64,000 nucleotides of DNA from positions 1,220,517 to 1,284,516 of the forward strand of contig NW_003314291.1 of NCBI RefSeq assembly GCF_000143415.4, written 5' to 3'. Below the pieces are notes generated by a model. The model was not told the DNA's origin. It saw only the letters and a program-made list of their open reading frames with translations, and did not search any database. The first letter of the stretch is position 1. Every line of letters starts with the position of its first letter. Position numbers and translations under genes: made by a program. This document shows positions 12,864 through 24,575 of the stretch, in pieces. This DNA is from Selaginella moellendorffii. Lineage: Eukaryota > Plantae > Lycopodiophyta.

Positions 12864-14020
12864 ATGGCCGAGCAGCAGCGAGAAGCCGAGCAAGCTGCTG
12901 CAAATCCTTTACCTTTCCATGCTGCTGCTGCTGCAATCGCCGAGAGAACTTCGAGCGTGGATAAACGTGTTCAGGGCCGGACGTCGAGTGTTGACCACAG
13001 GAATGCCGCTCACAAGTGCTTCCCGCTGGAGCTCGTCGAGGAAGGGCGCTTTGACGACGAGCCAACAGGATACTCCACCGGTTACTCGCTGCTCAAGAAG
13101 GTTGATTGCCAGCACAATTCCGTCCCTCTAACTTTGCTTGGTTTTCTCGAAACTGACATCCATCCAAAGTGCAGATCGCTTCTGAGTTCCTCGGCACCTT
13201 CATTCTCATCTTTGCAGCCGCAGGCACAGCCATCATGAACGAGAAATCTCACGGCGCGCTGGGAATCCAGGGACTCGCAGGCGGAGCCGGCATCACGGTC
13301 ATGATTGTCATCTTTGCAACCGGCCACATCTCAGGAGCTCACATCAACCCGGCAGTCACTCTTGCTTTTGCCACTTTCCGCCACTTCCCGTGGATTCAGG
13401 TTCTTCCACCGACCATTCCTTCAAGCTTGCTCCGAGTCTGACTTAACTTGCGTCTTCAGGTGCCTTTGTATATCGCAGCTCAAGTGACAGCCTCCATCTC
13501 GGCATCCTTTCTTCTCAAGGGGATCTACCATCCCGATTTGGCCGGCGGTGTCACTGTTCCTGCTGGTACTCATTGGCAGTCATTCCTCTTCGAGATCATT
13601 CTCACTGCCATCATGATGTTCGTCGTCACCTCAGTGGCCACTGACACCCGTGCTGTACGTGTTTCTTTATCTTCGCTTGTCAAGCTTCATCTTCCGCTGG
13701 ATTCTCTTCACAGGTCGGGGAGTTGGCCGGGATCGCTGTTGGCGCAACGGTTTTCCTCAACAATCTTATCGCCGGGTAAGCGAATCGTCGCGCTCGGATA
13801 ATCTTGCACTGTGCTCAAACAGTTGCCTTGTACTGACAGCCTGATCTCTGGAGCTTCGATGAACCCGTGCCGCTCGTTAGGCCCCGCGATTGCTGCTAAC
13901 AACTTCAAAGGCTTCTGGATCTACGTAATTGGTCCGCTTATCGGCACCCAGCTCGGGGCAGCAGCATACACTGCCATCAGATTCAAGGAGCTGGAACGTC
14001 CCAAAAGCTTCAGAAGATGA
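12864..14020 (+). CDS. NIP aquaporin, tandem copy 2
   Basis: Same five-exon layout as copy 1. Motifs GHISGAHINPAVT and GASMNPCRSLGP. TATATAAA at ~12730. Confidence 0.95.
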
Positions 14021-14272
14021 ACAGGAATGCCACTACTGTACGTGAAGGTTAGTGAGGATGAATGTAAGTCCTGTACCTGTAAATCCATATGTAAAATGCT
14101 GGTCCCAGTTGACCTCAATAGTTTGGTTTCTGATCACAGCTTACAGCTAAGAGTGTGTCATTCTCAACATTAATAAAACAAGGAAACTGTGCTTGAAAAT
14201 GACGAATGATTCATTTTTCACTATGTATGATACAGCTCATTTCATAAAACATACCGTATATCTGGAGGGCAA

Positions 14273-17088
14273 CTAGCCGGCCTTCTTGCCAAACCAGCTC
14301 TTTGATCTCACTCTCTTACCCTCCAGTGCCTGCAAAACAGCTGATCAAGTTAAAGGCAAATGGAGACAATGAACATACCATTTGCTTGAAACGCCTTAAA
14401 GTAAGTACCGCACGATCGCGAAGCCTACAGGTCGGCGATGAAACTTTACATCAACAAGTCGCCCATCTAAGTAGTCTTACCGATTATCTTTGAAAGTCAG
14501 CATGTGCTCTTTCCCATCGCTGCTTATTATTGCGCACTGAATAAACTGTCCCAAAATGACCCGCACCTGCACGATATAACAGTCACAAAACCAGTCGACA
14601 ATTTCGGAAACACCTGCTTACATTAACGTCTGAAGTGTAACTTTCCTTAACCAACCGTACGCCGTTTCGTATTATTTGATAGCTCAAACGTTTGGTTATC
14701 AAAGTTCCAGGTTCCCAGTCTTCAGTTCCGTCCTCCTGAAACATTAGGTACCACTCGGAGATCAAAGATGGACACGGACTTATGCAGGAAAACTGCTCAT
14801 AGTGCATCTAGCTATGTTCATGGTGCATTCAGAAAAGAAATGTGAACAGACCATAACCGTCACATCGAACTGAGCCTGAGCAGCCGCAATATGAACATTG
14901 ATTTGATCGTCCATGGTTGCATCTGCATACCAGCGGCATTCACAACCACAACAATTCCTTCACTGTAAAGCCTTACCGCATTTGATTATGTTTTGATTGT
15001 TTGCAAACTCAATCACTTCCTCTCCCTGCAAAGAGAACTTATTAAAACCACGATGATAATGCAAGGTTTACCTTCCGTCCTCGATCATCCATAGGACAAC
15101 ATTGTATTGCGATAAAGGTTTCACAATCATCAGCACTTAGAGTGTATTCGGTTTGAGACGCGCCTAGAAAAACAATGATAATAGCATGGAAGCTGAGGTG
15201 TATACAAAAAGAACGTACCATCAATGTCCTCGGCACCATCTTTGTAATACCGTATCCACTGCAAAAAAGCTTGGTAAATCCGTACTACAGGTTAATTCAA
15301 ACCTGAAAATTGCAAAGAGCAGTTCCGTTGATGGAATGGCCACAAACAGTCAGTTTGCTTCCCAGCACTGCATCTCCCACAATTCGCAGGCCAGCAACAG
15401 CAGGCAAAGGATCTTCTTCTGCAGGTGAAACATCGTCAGCAATAGTATTTCGCGTTTAAGTTTGACAAAACACCTGCGTGGTTAGGCTCCTCAGGTAATG
15501 ATGGCAAATGTGGAGAACGTTTATGATCGTAATTGGTCCTGATGTCTGGATCATCACCCTCAATAGAATGGAAATTTTCGTGTAAATCTGTATTGTGCTT
15601 AGGAACCATTCTGTTTTCCGGAACTTAGCAAAGTTATCAAATGCGAAATAAGCACACTTACTCTTGCATATGCATATACTCGGGAGTACCAACAGATCGC
15701 GTCGTGTTGACGTTCAAAGAGGAAGGCGATGTAGGCCTTTGAATTTGAGGATAAATACTTTGAGGCACAAGTTCTAGTCCCCGCCCATTCTGCAGCTACT
15801 GCAGGAGGTAATTCACAAAACTAAAAATCGAGCCTTACAGGCGAGGGAGGAGCAAATCGAGGGGGTGATTGTACATTGGACGGAGACGGTGGCGTATACA
15901 ACCATGGCCTGTAGAAACCTGGCTCTTTGATTCTTCTCTGCAAAACTAGCCTAGTAAGGAGGTTTCAGGTTCAATGACTTCAACCAACCTCATCGTTTAC
16001 TCTGGACTTCAAATGTTGCACCAATGCCTGTACATCACACATATACAGCTTTACCATCTATGTCCAAGAATTCCTTACTTTCACAGAGACGACAATTGAT
16101 TGCGCATCTGTAGCTGGATGCAAATCAAACTCCTCCAGAAGTGGCAACAGCGACGTCACAAGAAAGTTTCTTTCTTGTCCTAGAGCCTGCTCAATATCAG
16201 TTCAATAAACATTAATAAAAGAAGAAAGAACGTTTTTTACTTGATTATCATAAGCAAGCTTCATATTTTTCTCAGCAAGCTCTTCACGAATCGTCAAGGC
16301 TTTTGACGTTGCATCGGCGACAGATTGCTGCTCCCGATAGTAGAACTGTAAAAAAAATAAAATAAAGTAGAGTATCACCGACGGAAAGCACTAACCACTT
16401 GTAGTTCTGCCATTTTTCTTTCCAAACTAGTGTTCTCAGCAAGAAGTTGTGTTTCCTGTGCACGAGAAGAGTTAGCCAGACAGCGGATAATAGCAAGAGG
16501 GAGTACCCTTATAGTGGCCTCATAGAGTTTGCTCCGAAGCTGACGGACTTCCTCCTCGTGCGTCCTCGTCGAAGCCAGTGTCATGTCCTGCCAATTAAAT
16601 GGGATATAATACACGAATAAATTCGACAGCTACCGGTCTGAATGGAGGCACAGCATCCGACTTAACGTCCGCCCCATTTTCTGCGTTCGTGTTCCCATTT
16701 GCAGGAACGCGTTCTTGCGAGATTGTTTCCTCCTCTGGCTTTCGCGAGGCAGCATTTTTCTTCTGCAAATGGAAGATGATTTACCTGGTTTGGAGGACAA
16801 GGTAAAGGAGGGTAACTTACCAGAGTTGCAATTTCATGCTGGGCGCTCTGTAGAGCAGTACGCAGGTGATTCGCCTCGGCAACCTTAACAATTCAGTCAG
16901 ATGTGTGAAAGAGAGAAAAAATGTTAAAATTCTACCTTCTCCGTAAGTGCAATTTCGGCCTTTGCGAGAAGGTCATAGACTTCTACGGGATCCCTGAATC
17001 CATTCTCAAGCTCTGTCCCACCATTAGCATGCGCCTGATTCCCATGGAAGCGTCCAGCACTGTCGGTGTATCTAATAGCGGCTTGCAT
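14273..17088 (-). CDS. Uncharacterised plant coiled-coil protein with C-terminal Ig-like (AIR9 A9-like) region, At5g08440/At5g23490-like
   Basis: Multi-exon gene reconstructed by eye: MQAAIRYTD..., coiled-coil exons (HEEEVRQLRSKLYEATIR, LLAENTSLERKMAELQV), DPLPAVAGLRIVGDAVLGSKLTVCGHSINGTALCNFQ, EYTLSADDCETFIAIQCCPMDDRGRK, ending ...KSWFGKKAG*. Confidence 0.8.
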
Positions 17089-17614
17089 TCTTCCGATAAA
17101 ATCCCTGCGAGAATTCTACGCCCCTACATGCCGCGCCAAAGCTCAAGCCCTAGGAGACAGAGCTTCAGATCCACCTGATTTCGATCCAAATCGCGAGAGC
17201 GCGGCCGATCGTGAGCTGCTGCTGCTGGGAGAAATCGCCTCCGGCACGAAATCGCGATCGCTGGCCACCCCGCATTGCTCCAAGGCGCTCTGGCCAGACC
17301 TCCAAAAATGCAATACGAAATAAAAACCCTATCATAAGAACACAGTGACGACCTTGACGTCCGCGCCGCCCTTCAACACGGCATTTTCCACGTCGTTCAG
17401 TCCACGTCATTAGTTAACATTAAAAGCGATGGCTTTCGTTTAATCCAACGGCAGTAAGATATGCGCTCGAATATTCCACCACAAATATAGAATAATGTCG
17501 AATATCCACCACGAAGCTTTACACAAGGAGGAGCGAGAAAGCGGGCGAAGGAAAAAATATACCTAGCTTGTTCTGGGCGGGAAATGGCGATGGCGGGGTA
17601 TAAAATGGGGCGCC

Positions 17615-18787
17615 ATGGATGGAGATCTCACAGCGAGAGCGATGGATCAAGGAGTGCAATCGCGCTTGCAGGTAGAGATTATCAGCAATTCGGCCGGGTC
17701 GAGCAGCGTCGGCGTGGATCTCCAGGTCAGGAACTCGCAGCGATTCCCCGTTCACGTCATGGACATCGAGGTGCTGATCGAGGAGCCCGGCCGCGAGGAG
17801 CGTGAGCGCAAGGCCGCGAGCGCCAAGCTCGATCACTCGTGCATCGTCCAGCCGCGCTCCTCCAAGCTCGTCAAGATCCCGCTCGCGAGCTTAATCCGGC
17901 CCAGCGCCACGCCGGTGCCGTACATGCTCCGGGCCAATGTGGCCATGAAGGACCGGGTGCACGGCGCGTACCAGGTGAGTACGGAACGCGTACGGCAGAT
18001 GTTCTTCAAGGACGCCGCTGACAAGAAGGTCAAGGCCGTGGAGAGAAAGCACTTGGATGGAGGCATCGAAGGGATTCACGTATGGACCAACTTTCCAAAG
18101 GAGGTGGTGGTGGCTTTCGACTTCCAAGTGAAAAACTCCAACTTTCTGCCGCTCAAGCTCCTCCACGCCGATTTCTCCGTCACGAGTGATGGCACGAAGA
18201 TCCTGGAGACCAAAGTCGTCCACAACACGAGCATCCCAGGGAAGTCGTCGGCTAGAATCAAGATGAAGCTTTCGATCCCGCTCAAGATCATACGTGACAG
18301 CTTCCCCGGTGGGCTCCCTTCGTCCGTTCTTCCAGTCCAGATGGACATCTCCTTCTGGTTCAAGGAGACTTTCTACGGCCTCTACAAGATCGATGCTCGC
18401 AAGACGGGCGTGCTGGTCGTGCCCGAGGCGCCGGCGATCGCGATCCACAAGGTGGTGTTCACTTTCGACGAGGATAACAAGCCGGTTGCGAGATTGGAGC
18501 TGCTGGTTTCCAACGCGAATGTCTTTGATCTGGAGCTCAAGAGCCTGGAGTACCAAGCCGTGTCGAAGGAGACAGGATCGACGCTCATGCTCGCGAAGTT
18601 TAGAGACGATGACGCCGTCATTGTCCCCGAAGGAGGAAAGGTTACCATCTGGGCTCTTGCGAAGCCTGGGACGCACGAATTTGGATCGGTGCTGTGGAAG
18701 CTCTACAAAGGCGAGCAGGACTACGTCGTAAAAACTTCGCTGGAGACCGAAACCGAGTTGTATGGCAAGATTGTTTTCCAGAGCTAG
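17615..18787 (+). CDS. Intronless LEA_2/WHy-domain (LEA14-like) protein with three tandem domains
   Basis: 390 aa GC-rich ORF with three repeats of the pattern L/FxVxN..F.....D/E (LQVRNSQRFPV, FQVKNSNFLPL, LLVSNANVFDL). A TATAAAA only ~10 nt upstream suggests the true start may be the ATG at 17642. Confidence 0.8.
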   Translation: MDGDLTARAMDQGVQSRLQVEIISNSAGSSSVGVDLQVRNSQRFPVHVMDIEVLIEEPGREERERKAASAKLDHSCIVQPRSSKLVKIPLASLIRPSATPVPYMLRANVAMKDRVHGAYQVSTERVRQMFFKDAADKKVKAVERKHLDGGIEGIHVWTNFPKEVVVAFDFQVKNSNFLPLKLLHADFSVTSDGTKILETKVVHNTSIPGKSSARIKMKLSIPLKIIRDSFPGGLPSSVLPVQMDISFWFKETFYGLYKIDARKTGVLVVPEAPAIAIHKVVFTFDEDNKPVARLELLVSNANVFDLELKSLEYQAVSKETGSTLMLAKFRDDDAVIVPEGGKVTIWALAKPGTHEFGSVLWKLYKGEQDYVVKTSLETETELYGKIVFQS

Positions 18788-18877
18788 CTCCTGGTCTCGG
18801 AAGAAGGACGAAGAAAATCAGAACTCAAATGTGTATAACTTCTACCTTGGTCGATTGATTGTAAATATTTCCGGTGA

Positions 18878-20367
18878 CTAGAGCTCGTCATTGTCATCGT
18901 GCTCGTAATTCAGCACCCCCAACTCTTGTGTTGTTGCTGCTGAAATTTTCTCCTCGCTCGATGCCATGAGCTCTGGTATCCATTCATCTCCATCGATGAA
19001 AAGCGGGCTCAAGTAAGGATAAGCTTGCCAATCCGAAAGAGAGTGAGACCAGTTCGCTCGTTTTCTCCTGTTGGATCCCAAGCCAGAGCACTCGTATTCG
19101 CCATAAACAACCGTCCTGCAAAGAGCTCAAGCCAGTGAGCAAGGAAAAAATTCGAAACAAAGCAACGAAAGAAGTCCAGAAGAAGAAAAAACGAATAGAG
19201 AAAGGTTGCGTGAACTTACAAAGTTCTGCCCGAGTCTCCCCAGTCGTCCCATCCAACCGGATGGACGATGCTGTCCATGGAAGTGTACGCAAAGATTACT
19301 CTGGAGAACGGACCCCACGCTCGTCCCAAGAGAACGTTTCCAGTCCCCGTGATACTACAGTTGACGAACGAAAAAGCCGAGGCTTCCGACCACTTTAGTC
19401 GTCGCTGAGCAGTGATCGACCCCGAGACTTTCTTCGATGGCTTTGCAACTGAGTGGAGTTCACAGTTCTGAGAAACACGCAGAAAACTCTGAAGGAGCTC
19501 AAGCTTTTTTGAAAAAGAAGTACCTCGTAGAGAGATCGTCCACTCCCACAGATGAAATCGATGGATCCCTCGATGAAGCATTCCTTGAAGTAGTGTCGGC
19601 CTTGGTCGTCGAATAGAGTGTCTTGGAAGCCATAAAAGCCGCAGCCATAGAACGCTGCTCGGTCGGATGAAACTCTCAGAGCAACGGCTTGAGCTCCTTG
19701 AACTCCAACTCCTGGTCCTGGAGAAGTGTTCTACGCTGGAATACGTTAGTAGATGGAACATCTCGCTGCCTTACCAGAAAACTCAAGTTCTTGGCAACAA
19801 AATCTGCTGCTTCCACGCTCACACTTGCACTGCTGTATGTTCTGCCGCTAGAATTTGCGGTGTCGTTCCAGGCTATGGCTGTGAGGTCCATTCCTTGTCC
19901 CTGCAAAGTAATATACGGCTTGCTATGTGGGATCAACACCTTTTCCCTGGATCCAAACAAAGAGAACGATGACAGAAACCTTGCAGCGAGATTCAGAAAC
20001 TTTCTTACGTGAATGTTCCATTGTTAATATAGATATGAACTGGAACTTGGTTGTAGTCGGGAACAGCGTCGATCGCATCCTGGACTGTGCGGAAATCTCC
20101 AAATCCTTTTTGATCTACAATAAAAACAACCGGTGAAGCCTCACGATCGTCACAACTGCTAGTGATATCTAAAGTGAAAGGAAGAGTCAGAGAAGCTGGC
20201 TCTGGAGAAAACAGGCATTGGAAGGCACACATAGCCATGGCGGCGCCATAGATTCTAGGAGCTGTGTGAGAGCGCAAAAGCACGAAGACATGCAAAAGCA
20301 GCCACGCAACAGCAGAAAGAACAACACCAACAACGAGTTGTTTGGTTTTTCTCGAAGCTCGAGTCAT
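18878..20367 (-). CDS. Pectin methylesterase (type II, no PMEI pro-domain)
   Basis: Five exons. Motifs [47 protein letters not shown], with both catalytic Asp residues intact. Hydrophobic N-terminal segment. Confidence 0.93.
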
Positions 20368-20960
20368 AGCGAGATGGATTAGAGCCGCAGGAATTTAACT
20401 CGAGAAGAATGTCACCAGGCTTGCTGCTTAATACGAAGAGAACTCTTCTGGAACAACTGAAGAACCATCTCTACGAAAGTAAGGACGCAAACAATCAATG
20501 AAGGAAGAAATGCCTTACAAGCAATGCAAAGAATTTTAGCAGGAAGAATGGAGGCCAAGTCTGGAAAACAAAACAAATCCATTGCTCAAAGGTTTCTAGC
20601 GAAGAATCGAAGAATGGAATCGAACGGCACAATTAGAATGCAAAATTCCGCTAGAGTTTCTTACAATCATAAGAATTTCTTGCAAGCAACCATGGAATGG
20701 GAATGGCGAGGTTTCGTTTATGCAAAGCAAAGCCCTGTAGCTACTACCACTAAAGAAAGAATGCTGGCATCGCGATCTCATACCTGGAAGGAGCGACCAT
20801 CATGGATGGAACGCGCGTCGACACGCCACGGCGAGACGCGTCAAATTCCCCATTCTAATAGCAAATAGGGCTCTACAACTAGGGTTTTACATTGGAGGAA
20901 ATATTTTGCGGTACTCCGGTGATCGATCGATCGATCGCGTGCCGTGCCAGGTTTGTAGCG

Positions 20961-22084
20961 ATGTCGCATTCCGGAGGAGGATACTCGAGCGCGCCATCGG
21001 CGCCACCGGCGCCTTCATCGCCCTATCAATCATGGCAGCCGGGGCAATCCACAGCCTACTCGTCATCGCCATACGCGCAGCCTCCGTCGGCCTCGCCAGC
21101 TCCTCCTTATGCATCTCCATACTCGTCTGGATCTGGAGCTGCTCCATCCTATGGGGGCGCCGCGCCGACGCCTCCCTATGGAGGACCTCCATCGGCTCCT
21201 TGGGCTCAGCCTCCATCGGGCTACCCATACGGCTATCCACAGCAGCCTCCACAGTCGGGCTACGGCCAATTCGGGGCGCAATTCCCTCCTGGGACCGATC
21301 CGGAGATCGTTCGCGCTTTCCAGGGTGCCGATCGCGATGGCAGTGGGACGATCGATGATATGGAGCTCCAGACGGCGCTCTCGGCTGGGCAGCCTTTCAG
21401 CTTGCGGACGGTCCATCTCATGCTCCACCAGTTTGCCAACAATGCGAAGAGAATCGGTAAAGTCTTTTTCTTGTGCTTTTCTTTTTTACTTTTGGGACTG
21501 AGTGGAAGCTTCGATCGTTTTCCAGGACCAACGGAGTTTGCGACGCTCTGGAAGGCTCTAAGAGACTGGAGAGTAAGCACTAACCTTAATTCTATAGTAT
21601 GATTGATATGAAACTTTGCCTGTGATTTCCAGGGAACTTTCGAGCGGTTTGATAGAGATCGCAGCGGGAGAATAGAGACCGGAGAACTTAGAGACGCGCT
21701 GTTGAGCCTCGGATATGCAGTCCCACCATCGGTACTGCAAATTCTAGTCTCAAAGCACGATAAGACTGGGCAAGCCCGCGGCCTAGATTATGACAACTTT
21801 GTCGAGTAAGCTGTTTTCCTTTTGTTTCGTGCTCGTGTGCGTTAACTAACGCTCTGCTCATTGTTTCCTCTCTTATACAGGTGTGGCTTGGTTGTAAAGG
21901 TGAGTTCATCAATTCATCGTTTTATTTTCTTTCTTTTGTTGTTTTGGTGACACTGACAAGTTCCTACCGTGCAATGCAGGGACTCACGGAGAAGTTCAAG
22001 GAGAAGGATGTGAAGCTCACGGGCTCGGCCACGCTAAGCTACGAGGCGTTCATGCTTATGGTTTTGCCTTTCATCGTTGCCTAG
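20961..22084 (+). CDS. Penta-EF-hand calcium-binding protein (peflin/ALG-2 type; CML48/49/50-like)
   Basis: Pro/Tyr/Gly-rich N-terminus, FPPGTDPEIVRAFQGADRDGSGTIDDMELQ, FERFDRDRSGRIE, 19 nt micro-exon 21881-21899, C-terminus YEAFMLMVLPFIVA*. Confidence 0.93.
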
Positions 22085-22851
22085 AGATATTAGTCTCTTG
22101 TTAGATTACTCATCGTGTTTGTATGTTCGTTTGCAAAGTATTGGAACCAGGCAGTAGTGAAAGCGAAAGAAGACGTACGTGTTCTATCGCTCGAAAAGAC
22201 TTGCCACTGTATAATCAGGTACTCACAAACGACTAATTCAAGTGGCTCATCCAATTTGTCAACTAAGTGCATTTGTGTTTTTATGGAAACTTTGCCATAG
22301 CTTTGGTGTTTACAGTCAGTGGACTGACTAAAATTTGAGGTTTCTGCAGGACAAACTCTGCAACACTCCGATTTTTCAAGTGTTTCAAAGACACGAACTT
22401 CGGCCTTGACAACCTACAAAATTTCCAACACGGTAAGACACGCCTAGACTATGACAAGGTTCCTGCTTAAGTCTTAAGATCGATTTGTCAATTAATTGGC
22501 AAGTTCCGTGTTCTTCCTTCTTTCTTCTTTTGCATCTACAGGTGTAAGGCCAGTTCTTCAGTTTATCGTTTTGTCCAGCAGCAACTTGGCGATGATGCTA
22601 TCAGGTTTTGCGACGATGCTAAAAGCCATGAAACTTTCATTTGTTTGTAATATATTCTCGTCGTGTGTGTCTTTTTGGAAATCAGAGTTGGCTCGACTTT
22701 TCTCGAAACCAATATGTACATATCTTGCAGCTTCATTCTCGAGGTAATCCTTCAATGCTTATTCGATCAGCCTCTCACTGACCTTGTATGCTGTAACATA
22801 TATATAGGATATAAAAAAGAGTCCAGGGAGATTCCAACTCTTTCTTCATCG

Positions 22852-24575
22852 TCATCGTCTGTTGAAGCGTGCGGGTGATCGCCTGGGCGAGGCCTGGTAT
22901 CTTTGCTGGTTTGGAGCTCCGCCACCACTGGCAGGACTTGGAAAGCCATTTCTATGGTGATGAGTATGTCCCTTTGGCGAGTTGTTATTCCCATGGTGGC
23001 TGAAGTTCCCGTTTACAATCAGTGGTCTCGGCCTGGAGCTCGGGTATGGATTTGTGTTGTAGTTTAGAGGTTGGAGCTGACCCGTGATGTCGCTTGTGAC
23101 TTGCAGAGGCTCCAGGTGACGAACAATCTCCTTCATATCCGGCCTCGACTTTGCGTCCCGACTGAGGCAAGCCGCGGCGAGCTGAGCGGCCTTTTGGAAG
23201 GCTTTCATGGGGCACTGGCCGTCGAGCTTTGGATCCACCAGTCTGAAGATCCTGCGCTTGTCGTGGAGATAAGGCCTGGCCCATTCCACCAAGTTGTGCT
23301 CGCCAGTGGGTCTAGACTTGTCCATGGATCGTCTGCCAGTTAGCATCTCCAGGAAGACAACTCCAAAGCTGTAAACATCGCTCCTGGCTGTCAAGTGACC
23401 TGGAGGAAACAAAGGTACGATCCTTTTAAGTTCAAGAACTCTCAATTTTTTTTCTTTCTTTGTGAACTTACCAGTCATCACGTACTCGGGAGCTGCGTAG
23501 CCGTAAGTTCCCATGATTCGTGTGGAAACATGCGTCTTGTCTCCTTCCGGGCCATCTTTCGCGAGGCCGAAATCCGAGAGCTTGGCCGTGTAGTCCTGAG
23601 AGGATTTAACGAGTCACGGGTTTGTTAGTCTCCAAGATTGTTTCTTCATTACTTTATCTTCTACTCACATGGTCTAGCAGGATGTTGGAAGTTTTAAAGT
23701 CGCGATAGATCACAGCTTCCCGATGCAAAAAGGCGAGGCCTTGCGCGGCTCCCAATGCGACCTTCATTCGAATCGCCCAAGTTAGAGGCAATGATCCTTC
23801 TGCCAAAACAAGAACAATAAAATTTGAAGACAACGCGTGAGCGGATGGTCGTAAGAGAAAAAACTATCACTATGACGAGCAACTTACTGCGAAATAGATG
23901 GTTTTCCAGGCTACCGCGAGGCATGAACTCGTAGACAAGAAGTCGATGCTCGTCCTCCGCGCAGTAACCAATCAACTTTACGAGATTGAAATGGTGAAGC
24001 TGGCCGAGAAAATTCACCTCCGCCTGTAAGTTTCATCCATTCTGTCAACAAAACCGGTGTTTTCTTCGCAGACTAGAACTTACCAGCCATTCTCGGTGGC
24101 CTTGGAATCCTTCCGGATTCAGCTGCTTCACTGCTACAGTTAAACCCGAGCCGGGCCGAACAGCGGCCGTGCCATTCTCGTCGATCCACCCCTTGAAAAC
24201 ATGGCCGAAGCCGCCCTCCCCGATCCAACTATCCGGCCGGAAGTTCCGAGTAGCGGACTTGAGATCACCGAAGCTAAACACGCGGAGGCCGGAGCTCTGG
24301 CGGAGGATCTCATCTCCGGACCTGGGAGTGGAGGGCAGCACGTCGGAGGAGGAGAAGGATTTCTTGCGCTGGGTCTGTGGGGTTTGCTCCGCAGGCGAAT
24401 CCGGGTGATCTACAGTGACCGAGAAGTTAGAACAAGCAAGCCGAGACAAACGAGATCGAAGAACTTGCTGCTGTGATCTGTACGAACCTGTGCTTGGGGT
24501 CACGCTGCCGTTATCTCGATGCTTGCCGACGCATCGTCCCAGAGCCGACCCAAAAGCGGACCAGCAAGAACACAT
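22852..24575 (-). CDS. Receptor-like cytoplasmic kinase subfamily VII (PBL-type)
   Basis: [71 protein letters not shown]. Multi-exon with short introns. Confidence 0.95.

Noticed and set aside
17891-18676. 261 aa antisense ORF in the LEA gene (and similar antisense ORFs in the lipase)
   Set aside because: Expected shadow frames of GC3-rich coding sequence.
10616-24575. Functional gene cluster (boron channel + pectin methylesterase + LEA + Ca sensor + kinase) for wall or desiccation biology
   Set aside because: The theme is tempting, but the families are common, and adjacency in a compact genome is no evidence without co-expression or conserved synteny.
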